Below are positions 9,994 through 19,056 of a stretch of DNA of 32,000 nt, piece by piece. The stretch lies in assembly GCA_963718895.1 (NCBI GenBank), contig CAVRAG010000008.1, positions 462,605 to 494,604 on the forward strand, in the 5' to 3' direction. Source of the DNA: an uncultured Nitrososphaerota archaeon (GTDB lineage Archaea; Thermoproteota; Nitrososphaeria; Nitrososphaerales; Gagatemarchaeaceae). The first letter of the stretch is position 1. Every line of letters starts with the position of its first letter. The translations under genes were made by a program, and so were the position numbers. The notes under the pieces are model-generated. The model saw nothing but the letters and a program-made list of their open reading frames with translations. It ran no database searches and had not been told where the DNA came from.

Positions 9994-10560
9994 TCAGTCG
10001 CCCCCTATGTTGCCGTGTCCACACCATCCAAACTCGTCCTGTCTGTTGTCACAAACGGGACATAGCTCGTCTAGGAACTTGACGTCAGCAGCTCGCTTGC
10101 CGAACCTTGCGAGGTGCGCGTCCACCAAATCTTCCACGCTCATGCTCCACCTGAAGCTGCTCTCTCCCTTCTCGAGCCGAATCATCGTTCCGACCAGGTA
10201 GGCGGCCGATTCTGACTTGGCTAGCAGGGGGGCGAGCCTTTCCTTGTACCAAGGCTCCAGTCCGGTCATATCCCCGGGGTTTTTGATCTCTTCAAGCGAT
10301 GCTGCAGCTGAGGCCATCTGAGTAGTGAGGAGGTCTGCCATTGGAGAGCTTGCAATTCTCACGTAACTGGCAATCGCTTCGCAGTTCTTCAGGGCCGCTT
10401 CGGCGAGCCTGAGTCTTGTCGCGACCCGAACCGGCGCATCTGTCCGGTACCCGAGACAGTACTCGTGGAACGCTATCCCAATCTCAGACTTGGACCTCAG
10501 GACATCCTGTTCGAGCTCCTCGATCTGACCAAGTCGGCCCAATGTGTTCTCTCGCCTCAT
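9994..10560 (-). CDS. hypothetical helical protein with C-terminal zinc-ribbon-like motif
   Basis: 188 aa, ends CPVCDNRQDEFGWCGHGN; overlaps the start of the ferredoxin gene by 4 bp. Confidence 0.65.
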   Translation of the reverse strand: MRRENTLGRLGQIEELEQDVLRSKSEIGIAFHEYCLGYRTDAPVRVATRLRLAEAALKNCEAIASYVRIASSPMADLLTTQMASAAASLEEIKNPGDMTGLEPWYKERLAPLLAKSESAAYLVGTMIRLEKGESSFRWSMSVEDLVDAHLARFGKRAADVKFLDELCPVCDNRQDEFGWCGHGNIGGD

Positions 10561-11051
10561 GGTTGAGTTATCTTAATGCAGCTTGTGGGACAACTCACCT
10601 CACAAGCCATGCAGAAGATGCAATCAGTTTCCCGGACGGGGTCAGACTTGTCGCAGCGATAGGCGACCCATTCGGCACTCCCCTGCGATACCTCCTTGTT
10701 CTTTCCAGTGCCTGCCTGACCGGGGTTGAGAGCCCACTCAAAGACGAAGACCGGGCACACGTCCATGCACACGCCGTCGGCTATGCAGTTCTCCCAGTCG
10801 ACGCCAACGGCGGTGCCATGGATTCCACCGTTCGTCGGATACGCCTTGCCGTCACCGTCGTCCCTATGCATCCCGCCTGCTCGTATCTTGTGACCGAAGT
10901 GCTCGCCGCTGATGGGATACGCATCGGGTTTCTGCAAGAAACCAGGGTCTATTGGGTGGGTCTTGTAGTCCAGAGAGACCAATACAAAATCATCGCGTGT
11001 TAGCGATGGTTTAACGTTGTGATTACGTATGTATACAGGTGTCGAGTTCAT
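10557..11051 (-). CDS. zfx: zinc-containing ferredoxin
   Basis: N-terminal extension with GEHFGHKIRAGGMHRDD (His/zinc region) and two cluster motifs CIADGVCMDVCPVFVF and CIFCMACEVSCPTSCI. Confidence 0.88.
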   Translation of the reverse strand: MNSTPVYIRNHNVKPSLTRDDFVLVSLDYKTHPIDPGFLQKPDAYPISGEHFGHKIRAGGMHRDDGDGKAYPTNGGIHGTAVGVDWENCIADGVCMDVCPVFVFEWALNPGQAGTGKNKEVSQGSAEWVAYRCDKSDPVRETDCIFCMACEVSCPTSCIKITQP

Positions 11052-11066
11052 CCGTAAATAGCACGG

Positions 11067-11432
11067 ATGAGAGGATTGGTCATCCTGATCAAGATAGATA
11101 AGACCGTCTACGACCCTCCAGACCCATCTGACGGTAAGAGGATTCTCGTCATGCGGCTCTGGCCCCGAGGCATCGCAAAGAAGAAGATAGACGTCTGGAT
11201 GAAAGACCTCGGGACCCCAAAGGAGGTCATCACCAAGTGGAAGGGACGAAAGATTACTTGGAAAACCTTCTCGACTGAATACGAGAAGAGTCTGAAGGGG
11301 AAGGAGGCGATTCTAAAAGAGCTGGCTGACGAGTCGCGCAAGAGTACGATCACCCTCCTTTGCACAGAAAAGGATGCGACTACCTGCCATCGATCTCTTC
11401 TCAAGGCTGCGATAGAGAAGCAGCTGCGATAA
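11067..11432 (+). CDS. DUF488 family protein (YeaO-like subtype)
   Basis: RILVMRLWPRGIAKKKIDVWMKDLGTP ... KESRKSTITLLCTEKDATTCHRSLLKAAIE. Confidence 0.85.
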   Translation: MRGLVILIKIDKTVYDPPDPSDGKRILVMRLWPRGIAKKKIDVWMKDLGTPKEVITKWKGRKITWKTFSTEYEKSLKGKEAILKELADESRKSTITLLCTEKDATTCHRSLLKAAIEKQLR

Positions 11433-11508
11433 TGGTCGCCGCAAGGCCGCAATCAATTACAGGAGTAAACATACTCAATATATCGAAAGGACCTGACGTT
11501 GCACTGGA

Positions 11509-11958
11509 TTGGTCAAGCGGCGCTACATCGGCATCATAGAGGTTGCTGTTGTCGTGTTCGTCATCGGCTCATTCTTCGCGTTCGCTAATCAGGCTCAACC
11601 CTCAACTGTTCACACTTCGACCAGTGTGGGAGAGATAATCGAGCCTGTGGGCGCTGGTCAGCCCCCCTCTAACTGGAGCTCTTCGACTGGTCCAATCTAC
11701 GCAGACACATCGTACTCACCAGATACCGTAGTAGTCGTGATAGGAGTCAACAACACGATTACTTGGGTGAACCAGGACTCGGCCCCGCATACTGTCACCT
11801 TCACGGTTGTCCCTTCGGGGGTGACGGCGACGATAGATTCTGGGGAAATGGTGCACGGGGCCGCCTTCACCTATACCTTCCAGGTTCCGGGGACCTACCT
11901 GTACGGCTGCACATACCATCCCTGGATGGGCGGCAAGGTCATAGTGAAGAACGCGTGA
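11509..11958 (+). CDS. membrane-anchored cupredoxin
   Basis: N-terminal TM; VVVVIGVNNTITWVNQDSAPHTVTF ... YLYGCTYHPWMGGKVIVKNA (complete H, C-x2-H-x2-M set). Confidence 0.88.
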   Translation: MVKRRYIGIIEVAVVVFVIGSFFAFANQAQPSTVHTSTSVGEIIEPVGAGQPPSNWSSSTGPIYADTSYSPDTVVVVIGVNNTITWVNQDSAPHTVTFTVVPSGVTATIDSGEMVHGAAFTYTFQVPGTYLYGCTYHPWMGGKVIVKNA

Positions 11959-11959
11959 G

Positions 11960-12997
11960 ATGTGTCAAAGACCCGTGCGCAGGCCAACCTTCCCATCGCT
12001 TGTCAAATCGCCCGTGCTTCTAGGAATCGTCGTCTTCGCTTTCTCGATTGGATTCCCCCCGTTAGATGATCTCACGACAATCTACCTCACTCTTCACATG
12101 CTCCAGCACACGGTGATTGTGGTCGCGGGAATCCTGATCGGGTACTACCTGTTCAGACGAGGGATCTTCTCCCGCCTTCGGGGGACGAGGGCACCCTCGA
12201 TGGCTGTAGTCGGGATGGTCGCGCTCGTCATCTTCTGGCACCTTCCAATCTCCTGGGATGCCGCTATCCTCAATCCGGTCATTCACGCTCTCGAGCACTT
12301 CTCATTTCTTCTGGTCGGCGTGCTGATCGGCTCGGTAGTTCTGATGGCCTCTGATCGCTCGAAGATTGGGCTCCTCATATTGGGTGCGGTCGGGCAGTTC
12401 GGTTACGGGTGGGCGCTCGTGTCCAATGTTCACGTCTATCCGCTGTATTCGCTATCTCAGCAGGCAGACTTGGGCGTGGCGATGCTGCTGGCCGGTCCCT
12501 TCTATTCAGCGGGAGCGCTGTACCTGGTTGCGAGGAACCAGGGATGGTTTGAGGAGAACCGACCAGGGTCCGTCACAAGGCTAGATGTCGCTCACTCATC
12601 AAAGCGGCGAGGGCTCGGCGTGGTAAGCGCTTCTCTGACCATTCTTCTGATAGCTACTCTGGTCGTTTACTACGGTGCCACCGCGACGGCCATAGGTTCC
12701 TCTCCTCGACAAGGATTGCCGGGCACATCCACCGTCTACATAGTCGAGACCCCACTTTCCTGGGGCTATTCCCCGCAAGACCTCAAGGTTGTGATAGGTG
12801 TTAACAATACGGTGACCTGGATCAGCCACTCGATCTCTTACGACACAATCACCAGCACAGGCGGTAACTTCTCCTCTGGACCCATAGCGCCGGGGCAGAC
12901 GTTCACCTTCACGTTCTCAACACCAGGCGAGTACGGATACAAGTGCATCTACCACCCCTGGATGACGGGGGGAGTGGACGTTCTCGCCGGCCCTTAA
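11960..12997 (+). CDS. CtaG-like (Caa3_CtaG) membrane protein fused to a C-terminal cupredoxin domain
   Basis: LTLHMLQHTVIVVAG, VIFWHLPISWDAAILNPVIHALEHFSFLLVGVLIG (CtaG hallmarks), then KVVIGVNNTVTWISHSISYDTI ... YGYKCIYHPWMTGG. Confidence 0.8.
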   Translation: MCQRPVRRPTFPSLVKSPVLLGIVVFAFSIGFPPLDDLTTIYLTLHMLQHTVIVVAGILIGYYLFRRGIFSRLRGTRAPSMAVVGMVALVIFWHLPISWDAAILNPVIHALEHFSFLLVGVLIGSVVLMASDRSKIGLLILGAVGQFGYGWALVSNVHVYPLYSLSQQADLGVAMLLAGPFYSAGALYLVARNQGWFEENRPGSVTRLDVAHSSKRRGLGVVSASLTILLIATLVVYYGATATAIGSSPRQGLPGTSTVYIVETPLSWGYSPQDLKVVIGVNNTVTWISHSISYDTITSTGGNFSSGPIAPGQTFTFTFSTPGEYGYKCIYHPWMTGGVDVLAGP

Positions 12998-13046
12998 GGC
13001 GGTTTTTGCCTACCTTCACCTCGGAAATCCAGAGCCTGTGCCGACC

Positions 13047-14627
13047 CTAACCGTCATGAAGCTCGGATGTGGTCTTCGAACCTACTTGAGCAGCCGACAC
13101 AACTGGAACTTTCGGGCTTGTCGCTGGATCCACACTCAGCGACCCTCCCATCAACCCCTGGAAGGTGCCTCGCCATGCAGGCCCAAGCCCCGCCAAGATC
13201 TCTAACGCAAGCCAACCGGCCCCGATACCCAGGAGAACTATGAACGGGAACGAGACGAGAGAGTAGCCCTGCCACTGTGGGAGCCACGCGCTGTATCGCC
13301 TCGGTATGCTCACAGCGCCGGCGACGAAGAAGCTGAGCACCATGCCCGTGCCTCCTACCACGTAAAACCACACTGCTATTCTGCTCATGCGGGACTCCAC
13401 GATGCCCCCTATGTCCTTCACAAGGTAGTACAGGTAACCCAGCGTGAATATGGCGCTGCCCAGTATCATGTATGTGTGGAAATGAGCGGGCACCCACATC
13501 GTGTTGTGCATTATCTGGTTGATGGGGATGACAGAATCCAGAATCCCGCCTATGCCTCCGAATGCCCAGCCCCAGAGGCCGACGAAGAGCATCAGCGCGG
13601 GGACGGTCCACTTGATTCCGGCGCGGTAGACCAGCGTGAGCCCGCCAAGGATGGTCACCAGCAGCGAAGGCAGGACCGAAAGGTCCGTGACGGCCTGGCC
13701 CAGCAGATTAGCCGCGGCGGGATTCACAAAAGCCTCGTAGGTGTGGTGCAGATATGCCCCGAGCACGAAGAACGTGATTAAGTTCCAGGCAAGGGCCGTG
13801 GGCCACGAAAGGTGCCATTTTCTGCCGACCAGCAAGGGAAGCACGGCGTAGACGACTCCCGCCGCCAGGTAGATCTGCAGGTTCACGTAATCGTGGGCGA
13901 ACGAGTAGAGCAGGTTGTACATGGCCAGCGAGTTGAGCCCAACCACTAGGCCTCCAGCCTGAGCGTAGATAGCCAGCACGTAGATGGCTCCCTCGAGCGC
14001 ACATGCTATCCCGATCACTGAGACCGTTGGTGCCACTATGTCAGCTGGTGTGACCTCAGGTTCGGGTTTCACCTTTCCGCCAGAACGGAGGAACCTCCAA
14101 GCCAGGAGGTTTCGGAGGCCTCCGAACTGCTTCCTGGCGGACGTGAGTATGTGGACCGAGTAGATCAGAAGGCCCACAGCGATAGCGGCGTAGCCCGCCA
14201 AGAAGGCCAGGGCAGACCAGAGCGTCCATGCACCTTGGGAGGAGAGTGGCAGCGGGTAAAGAACGGTGTATCCTGCAGCGAATCCTCCGAAGACGACAGC
14301 GATTATCACGAAACCATCCCCGAGGGTGTAAATCAGGACTGCGCCCCAGAGCGTCCTCGCGCTGAGCTTGACTCTCTTGCTTGAGACGGCGGCGTAGGCG
14401 CCCATGCACAGGAGGAGGATTGAGCTTGTCATTCCTGCACCGTGTAGGGTCATGACCTGATAGTACAGCTCAGAGTTTAGCGTCAGTAGGCCGCCCTGGT
14501 CGAGCCGCATCACAACGCCGAGGAGCCCCATGAACAGGAAGACCAGGACGCTGACGACCATCGAGAATAGCGCCACCCTTACCACTGGCCCGTTCGATCC
14601 ATTCAGACTCTCGGGTTTTGCTTCCAA
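13047..14627 (-). CDS. heme-copper oxidoreductase superfamily subunit I, atypical (lacks the helix VI active-site Tyr; NO-reductase candidate)
   Basis: TLHGAGM (low-spin heme His), SFAHDYVNLQIY (CuB His), LHHTYEAF (CuB His pair), HNTMWVPAHFHTYMILG (heme His pair). Start set at TTG 14627 (MEAKPESLNGSNG) rather than 14897, because the longer ORF runs through the subunit II gene. Confidence 0.88.
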   Translation of the reverse strand: MEAKPESLNGSNGPVVRVALFSMVVSVLVFLFMGLLGVVMRLDQGGLLTLNSELYYQVMTLHGAGMTSSILLLCMGAYAAVSSKRVKLSARTLWGAVLIYTLGDGFVIIAVVFGGFAAGYTVLYPLPLSSQGAWTLWSALAFLAGYAAIAVGLLIYSVHILTSARKQFGGLRNLLAWRFLRSGGKVKPEPEVTPADIVAPTVSVIGIACALEGAIYVLAIYAQAGGLVVGLNSLAMYNLLYSFAHDYVNLQIYLAAGVVYAVLPLLVGRKWHLSWPTALAWNLITFFVLGAYLHHTYEAFVNPAAANLLGQAVTDLSVLPSLLVTILGGLTLVYRAGIKWTVPALMLFVGLWGWAFGGIGGILDSVIPINQIMHNTMWVPAHFHTYMILGSAIFTLGYLYYLVKDIGGIVESRMSRIAVWFYVVGGTGMVLSFFVAGAVSIPRRYSAWLPQWQGYSLVSFPFIVLLGIGAGWLALEILAGLGPAWRGTFQGLMGGSLSVDPATSPKVPVVSAAQVGSKTTSELHDG

Positions 14628-14638
14628 ATCAGATCGCC

Positions 14639-15184
14639 CTACTGTGTAACCGTGAACGTGGTGATCATGAACGCGTGCCCTATGCCGCAATAGTCGAGGC
14701 ATCGTACCGTGTAGGTACCAGTTTGATTGAAGTTCATGATGAGCTGATTCGTATAACCGGGGAGCACCTCCACTTGGCCGATGAGCACACCCTGGGCGTT
14801 GTAGACTGCGAAGTCGTGAACCACATCTTTGGAGGTGACATTGAACTCCACCGAAGTGTTCGCAGGTACCTGCCTGGTGCTCATCGTCCAGGACCACTGT
14901 TGCCCAATCACGTTCACAACCTGCGTGGGCGGGCCGAGGGCCTCCGCCCTTTGAGGGGGATAGGGGAGAGAGACAAGGGTGAATATGAAAACGATTGCTG
15001 TCAGCGATATCAGGACGACTAGGACGTATCGTCGGTACGAACCCACCTTCTTGTAAGTGTTGTCGAAGGAATCCGTGGGCTTCTTCGCGCTCACCGCTAT
15101 CCAGATGCAGAGCCCGCTCCAGATGGCGGCCATCACGGTGAATACGAGCAAGACCTCGATTTGGGGGGTCACCACAAATGTCAC
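14639..15184 (-). CDS. heme-copper oxidoreductase subunit II with CuA site
   Basis: Two TM helices, QQWSWTMST, DVVHDFAVY and VRCLDYCGIGHAFM (CuA ligands C-x3-C-x3-H-x2-M). Confidence 0.9.
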   Translation of the reverse strand: MTFVVTPQIEVLLVFTVMAAIWSGLCIWIAVSAKKPTDSFDNTYKKVGSYRRYVLVVLISLTAIVFIFTLVSLPYPPQRAEALGPPTQVVNVIGQQWSWTMSTRQVPANTSVEFNVTSKDVVHDFAVYNAQGVLIGQVEVLPGYTNQLIMNFNQTGTYTVRCLDYCGIGHAFMITTFTVTQ

Positions 15185-15397
15185 TTCACTCCCTCCTGTC
15201 TTGGAACTTCAGTCGAAGACAAGTGTCGCGTCTCCGGCGCAGGCCATCAATAGCGATTTTGAGTGCTGCGCATATATTGAGAACGTTTACATCTGTAATT
15301 GCGTGTTACCTGTGCAATCTCCACAATCACATTCGATGGAGTGCGGAATTGGGCATTATTCGAAAGTCCGTCCTCACGATGTGGCGGAACGGTGTAC

Positions 15398-15793
15398 TCA
15401 AGTGCCTGACGGTGAGATTCCTTTTGGTCGTCCTTTCGCCACGTCGGTCTGCTCTGCTCTTCGCACGACCACCAAGCTGATTAGTGCAGCAGTCGCGACT
15501 ACCTCGCCGCCATCCACCTTTGTCCCGTAGGTCTTGAGGGAGAGGAGCGCTGGTGGATTGAGGGCCTCACCCGTCTCCAGCCTGAACTGGGAAAGGTGCG
15601 CCGGACAAACTATGGAGTCGTCCATGAGGAATCCATCCACAAGTTCGACATGCTCATGTGTGCAGATATTGGAGACAGCGTAGAACGCGGCTGTATAGTT
15701 GACGACGAGGATGCTTTCACCCCAGATATTCACAGCGACCTTCTCGCCCGGAGACAAGTCTGAAACACTGCAGACTCTTGCTAACCTTGTCAT
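15398..15793 (-). CDS. Rieske [2Fe-2S] ferredoxin-like protein
   Basis: ICTHEHVELVDGFLMDDSIVCPAHLSQFRLETGEAL (C-x-H ... C-x2-H). Confidence 0.88.
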   Translation of the reverse strand: MTRLARVCSVSDLSPGEKVAVNIWGESILVVNYTAAFYAVSNICTHEHVELVDGFLMDDSIVCPAHLSQFRLETGEALNPPALLSLKTYGTKVDGGEVVATAALISLVVVRRAEQTDVAKGRPKGISPSGT

Positions 15794-16016
15794 CGCCCAT
15801 CACTCCGGGCGGTCATCCGTTGCATCTCCTCCTGTGTTGGAAGTGAGGTGACGAAGCCGTTCCGTTCGGAAGAATTCACATAGACATCTAGCGGGAAGAA
15901 GAGCCTTCCCCTCATCGACCAGTAGTGGAAGGTGCAGAATTCAAGTGGGCTCTTACGGTATTTCTCTACAGCAACGCTGAAGCCGAATTTGGAACACTCT
16001 GAGCATGGCTTCACGT

Positions 16017-16487
16017 CTACCGCGCTTTAATCCCGGTCTTGAGCTTGAGATACTTCCCGACCAGCAGAGCAGCGGGATAGAGGATCTCTTCCTCGTTCTT
16101 GGCATGAAGGGCGAGTTGCTCCGCGAAGCGAACGTATTCGGAACCGTCAGATCGCTCAGCCGCGACCTTAAGGGAATCAAGCGCTGTGATTATCTGCTTA
16201 TGTTCCAGGAGCATCTGTGGAAGCTCTTTCTGGAGCCTGTCCGTCATTGAAATCACAGCCCGAATATCAGGCTCGGACTCGCCTTCCGCCAAAGCGGGCA
16301 GCAGAGCCAAGGGTGGTAAAGCGTACTCTTCCTCCTTGGCGAAGTGGGGGTGTAAGATCTTCGCCACATTCCTGGCTGCCTCCCCGACGTCGCCGGGAGC
16401 TCTTGAGGCCCTCCGAAGCTCCCGATGCAACTCTTCATGCTCCATCTCGACCGAGTCAGGTACCTTCCAAGATTTCTTGTGCGTCAT
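16017..16487 (-). CDS. hemerythrin-like (HHE) domain protein
   Basis: MEHEELHRELRRA, LHPHFAKEEEYALPPL, LLEHKQII, FAEQLALHAKNEEEILYPAA. Confidence 0.85.
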   Translation of the reverse strand: MTHKKSWKVPDSVEMEHEELHRELRRASRAPGDVGEAARNVAKILHPHFAKEEEYALPPLALLPALAEGESEPDIRAVISMTDRLQKELPQMLLEHKQIITALDSLKVAAERSDGSEYVRFAEQLALHAKNEEEILYPAALLVGKYLKLKTGIKAR

Positions 16488-16954
16488 TCTGTCACTTTCG
16501 CTTGGGGTCCTTGTGCACTCTTCTTGTTAAGGGCATCAGCCTTCAGGGCAAGGGGGAAGGTTATCCTTTCCTCTTCGGCATGGTGCTTCCTGAGGTCGTT
16601 GACGAAGATCTGAATCTCTCTCCGGGCAACAGAATCAGGTAGGGTTGGCATGCTTGGTAGGGTGCTCTTGAAGAAACTAGCCAGCTCCCTGTGCCAACGC
16701 ATGATGCTGATGCTCGGCTGAGACTCCTCCTCTAGCTCCCACACTATTGTTCGCATCAGTCTTGCCTCTTCCTCGACTGCGTGCCGAAGCATGACCTCCC
16801 TGATGGAGCTTAGCAGGCTCTCGGCGACTTTCAGGTCGCCGTTCTTGCTCTCCTCGTAAATCTTGGCGAGTTTGGGTTCGATCTCCTTGTGTTCATTCTC
16901 TAGCCTCTTCACTACCTTCTCGAGAGGCTCGTCGTAGTCCAGCGTGTAGCTCAT
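16484..16954 (-). CDS. hemerythrin-like (HHE) domain protein, 4 bp overlap with the downstream paralog
   Basis: LENEHKEIEPKLAKI, MLRHAVEEEARLMRTI, MRWHRELASFF, LRKHHAEEERITFPLA. Confidence 0.85.
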   Translation of the reverse strand: MSYTLDYDEPLEKVVKRLENEHKEIEPKLAKIYEESKNGDLKVAESLLSSIREVMLRHAVEEEARLMRTIVWELEEESQPSISIMRWHRELASFFKSTLPSMPTLPDSVARREIQIFVNDLRKHHAEEERITFPLALKADALNKKSAQGPQAKVTE

Positions 16955-17265
16955 ATCGCTCCTCGACTTTTCCCGAAGGCGTGCACATAAGATGTGTGAT
17001 TACAAACGTAAACACTCACACAGGTTCTCTTGAATTATCTGGGAGATGATCAATTCTCAAGTGTCATGTCTAACCAAATCGCCACAGCAGATGCCAATGA
17101 CCTATTCATCATGAATGATTCAAATCCGTCCAACGGAAACATACTGGTCGAAGCTCACCGGTCCCACTAAGAATCAACTTGAATATTGCTCCGTTTGTCA
17201 TTTCGAGTGCTTCATAGACTAATTCTGTCAAAACTCCCCAGAACCTTCGGTGGCTCTACGTACAC

Positions 17266-17767
17266 TATCTAAGTCCGGTCACACGGGCGAAAGGCGTAAG
17301 CCTATGCAGCTTGCCGGGTTTTCCACTCGAGATATGGACGGCTCTTATTTCCCTCACCGTGAGAGCATCCGCGACGAGCGAGCGGTGGCACCTGTACGGG
17401 CTTCCCCTCTGCGCACATCATTGCCACAGCGCCATCTCTGGAGAGAGCGGATCAGCTTCTCCAATCCGGCCTTGAACTCTTCCGTCTGCAAGTAGTCTGC
17501 ATAACCCCGAAAGCCCGGGTTCCTCCACCCGGTGTTCTCGGAGTCCCTCAAAGGACGTCTGAGACCTCCGAGCTCTTTCAGGTGGATGTACCTGATTCCG
17601 GTTTCAGTGACTCTTCGAGCGCCTCAGAGTTGAACTGAGGATTGTGGCTGGAAGGGGGAATCTTCCGTATGTCAACAAGTATCGTGATTGTGCGCAAGGA
17701 GGATTCTGACGAACCTTTCGACAGATAGGGTCGAATGGCCGATTAGACAGATGGTGACTTTGCTCAA
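17266..17767 (-). pseudogene. decayed DUF488 family gene with four frame changes
   Basis: Frame-stitched translation: SKVTICLIGHSTLSVERFVRILAHNHDT / ILVDIRKIPPSSHNPQFNSEALEESLK / GIRYIHLKELGGLRRPLRDSENTGWRNPGFRGYADYLQTEEFKAGLEKLI / DGAVAMMCAEGKPVQ / CHRSLVADALTVREIRAVHISSGKPGKLHRLTPFARV. Confidence 0.85.
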
Positions 17768-18030
17768 AGTAATCAACGGTTAATCCGTACATGGCAGATA
17801 TAGCACTTGAATTGAGGTCATCACTTCGTCAGGACATCCCTCGTTATGGTCAGCGCCAACCTTAACGCCGCACTTGGGACACAGTATCGTGGGGATCAGG
17901 CACTCCTTTCCTTTTCAATCTACTTCGGAACACAGCATTCGAGGAATCTGACAGGAGATCCGGCTGCAACTCGAAAACTGTTGAGTCTTGATAAAGCAGC
18001 CCAGCAAGAGTCGAACCTTAGTGTCTTGTG

Positions 18031-18957
18031 TTACGGATGAACGTAACCTGAATCTTCGAGCTGGTTGAGACGCAGGTGGAAGTACAGCAAACCTCCGTAT
18101 CCCTTCCATTCGCCAATAACCTGTTTCACTCCGTCGTAGTCTAGGTCACCCTTTAGTTTCAAGAGACGCTTTAGACCATTCCTTGCGCCAACATCGTCTC
18201 CGGGGAAGATGTTCGTCCGGCCAAGCCCTCGGAGAAGTACGTACTCGGAGGACCAACGACCTATCCCCGGAATCTCGTCAAGATATGACAGCGCTCGGTC
18301 TTCGCTCACTTGTCCGAGACCATCCAGGTCCAAGGCTCCGCTGACAACCCTCTGAGAGAGTTCAATCAGAGCGCGCGATTTTCTGGAGCTAAACCCGAGT
18401 TGTCTGAGTTCACTCTCTCGAAGGTTCGACAGGTCGCCAGGCCTCGGGAATGCATAGTGCAACGTCTCCGTCTGCTCGATTCTTCCCCCGTACCGCTGGG
18501 ACAACCTGTTTAGCAGCTGCAGGCCGGCACTCATCGAGAGTTGTTGACATGCGACAGCGTTCACCAGCGCCTCAAAGACCGAAGGGAATCGCGGGGGCTT
18601 CACTCCTCTGAACCTCCTGACCAAATCCCCCAACTCACCATCTTCCTTTCTTGCGCGGTCATAGAACGCGCCCAAGTCCACTCGGGTGCCCAGCATGCCC
18701 TCAATCACTGTTCTGACCTCAGCCGGAGACACGCGGTGGGGTGCAGTTGCGCTGACCATCAGCCGAGGCGTCTCAAACGAGCCGCGCTGGATTACCACGA
18801 CGTCCACAGGCGCGCCGTCAAGCATTAACACGCGAGCATACACGCCGTCGTCAAGTCGGTCGACGATGTTGGTTGGTCGGCGACGCAGCGCCCAAGCCGT
18901 GAGGTCCAGCCTGAAGGGTGGCAGCGGCTTCACCTGAAACGTTACTGTATCCAACAT
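18031..18957 (-). CDS. alkA: HhH-GPD DNA glycosylase (DNA-3-methyladenine glycosylase II-like)
   Basis: VFEALVNAVACQQLSMSAGLQLLNRLSQRYG ... LDEIPGIGRWSSEYVLLRGLGRTNIFPGDDVG (HhH and catalytic Asp region). Confidence 0.88.
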   Translation of the reverse strand: MLDTVTFQVKPLPPFRLDLTAWALRRRPTNIVDRLDDGVYARVLMLDGAPVDVVVIQRGSFETPRLMVSATAPHRVSPAEVRTVIEGMLGTRVDLGAFYDRARKEDGELGDLVRRFRGVKPPRFPSVFEALVNAVACQQLSMSAGLQLLNRLSQRYGGRIEQTETLHYAFPRPGDLSNLRESELRQLGFSSRKSRALIELSQRVVSGALDLDGLGQVSEDRALSYLDEIPGIGRWSSEYVLLRGLGRTNIFPGDDVGARNGLKRLLKLKGDLDYDGVKQVIGEWKGYGGLLYFHLRLNQLEDSGYVHP

Positions 18958-19056
18958 TCGAGAGTTGCCAGGAACGAAGTCCCCCTTACATGGCTATCGG
19001 ACAGTTGATTCGTTTCAGTATCCCCAAATATGATTTGTTGAATTGAGGTACGCAAG

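Noticed and set aside
13054-13611. 185 aa minus-strand ORF
   Set aside because: Out-of-frame shadow of the subunit I gene, no hydrophobic or family signature.
14628-14897. N-terminal 90 aa extension of the heme-copper subunit I ORF
   Set aside because: It lies inside the subunit II gene in another frame and reads as Arg/His-rich noise; TTG at 14627 is the likely start.
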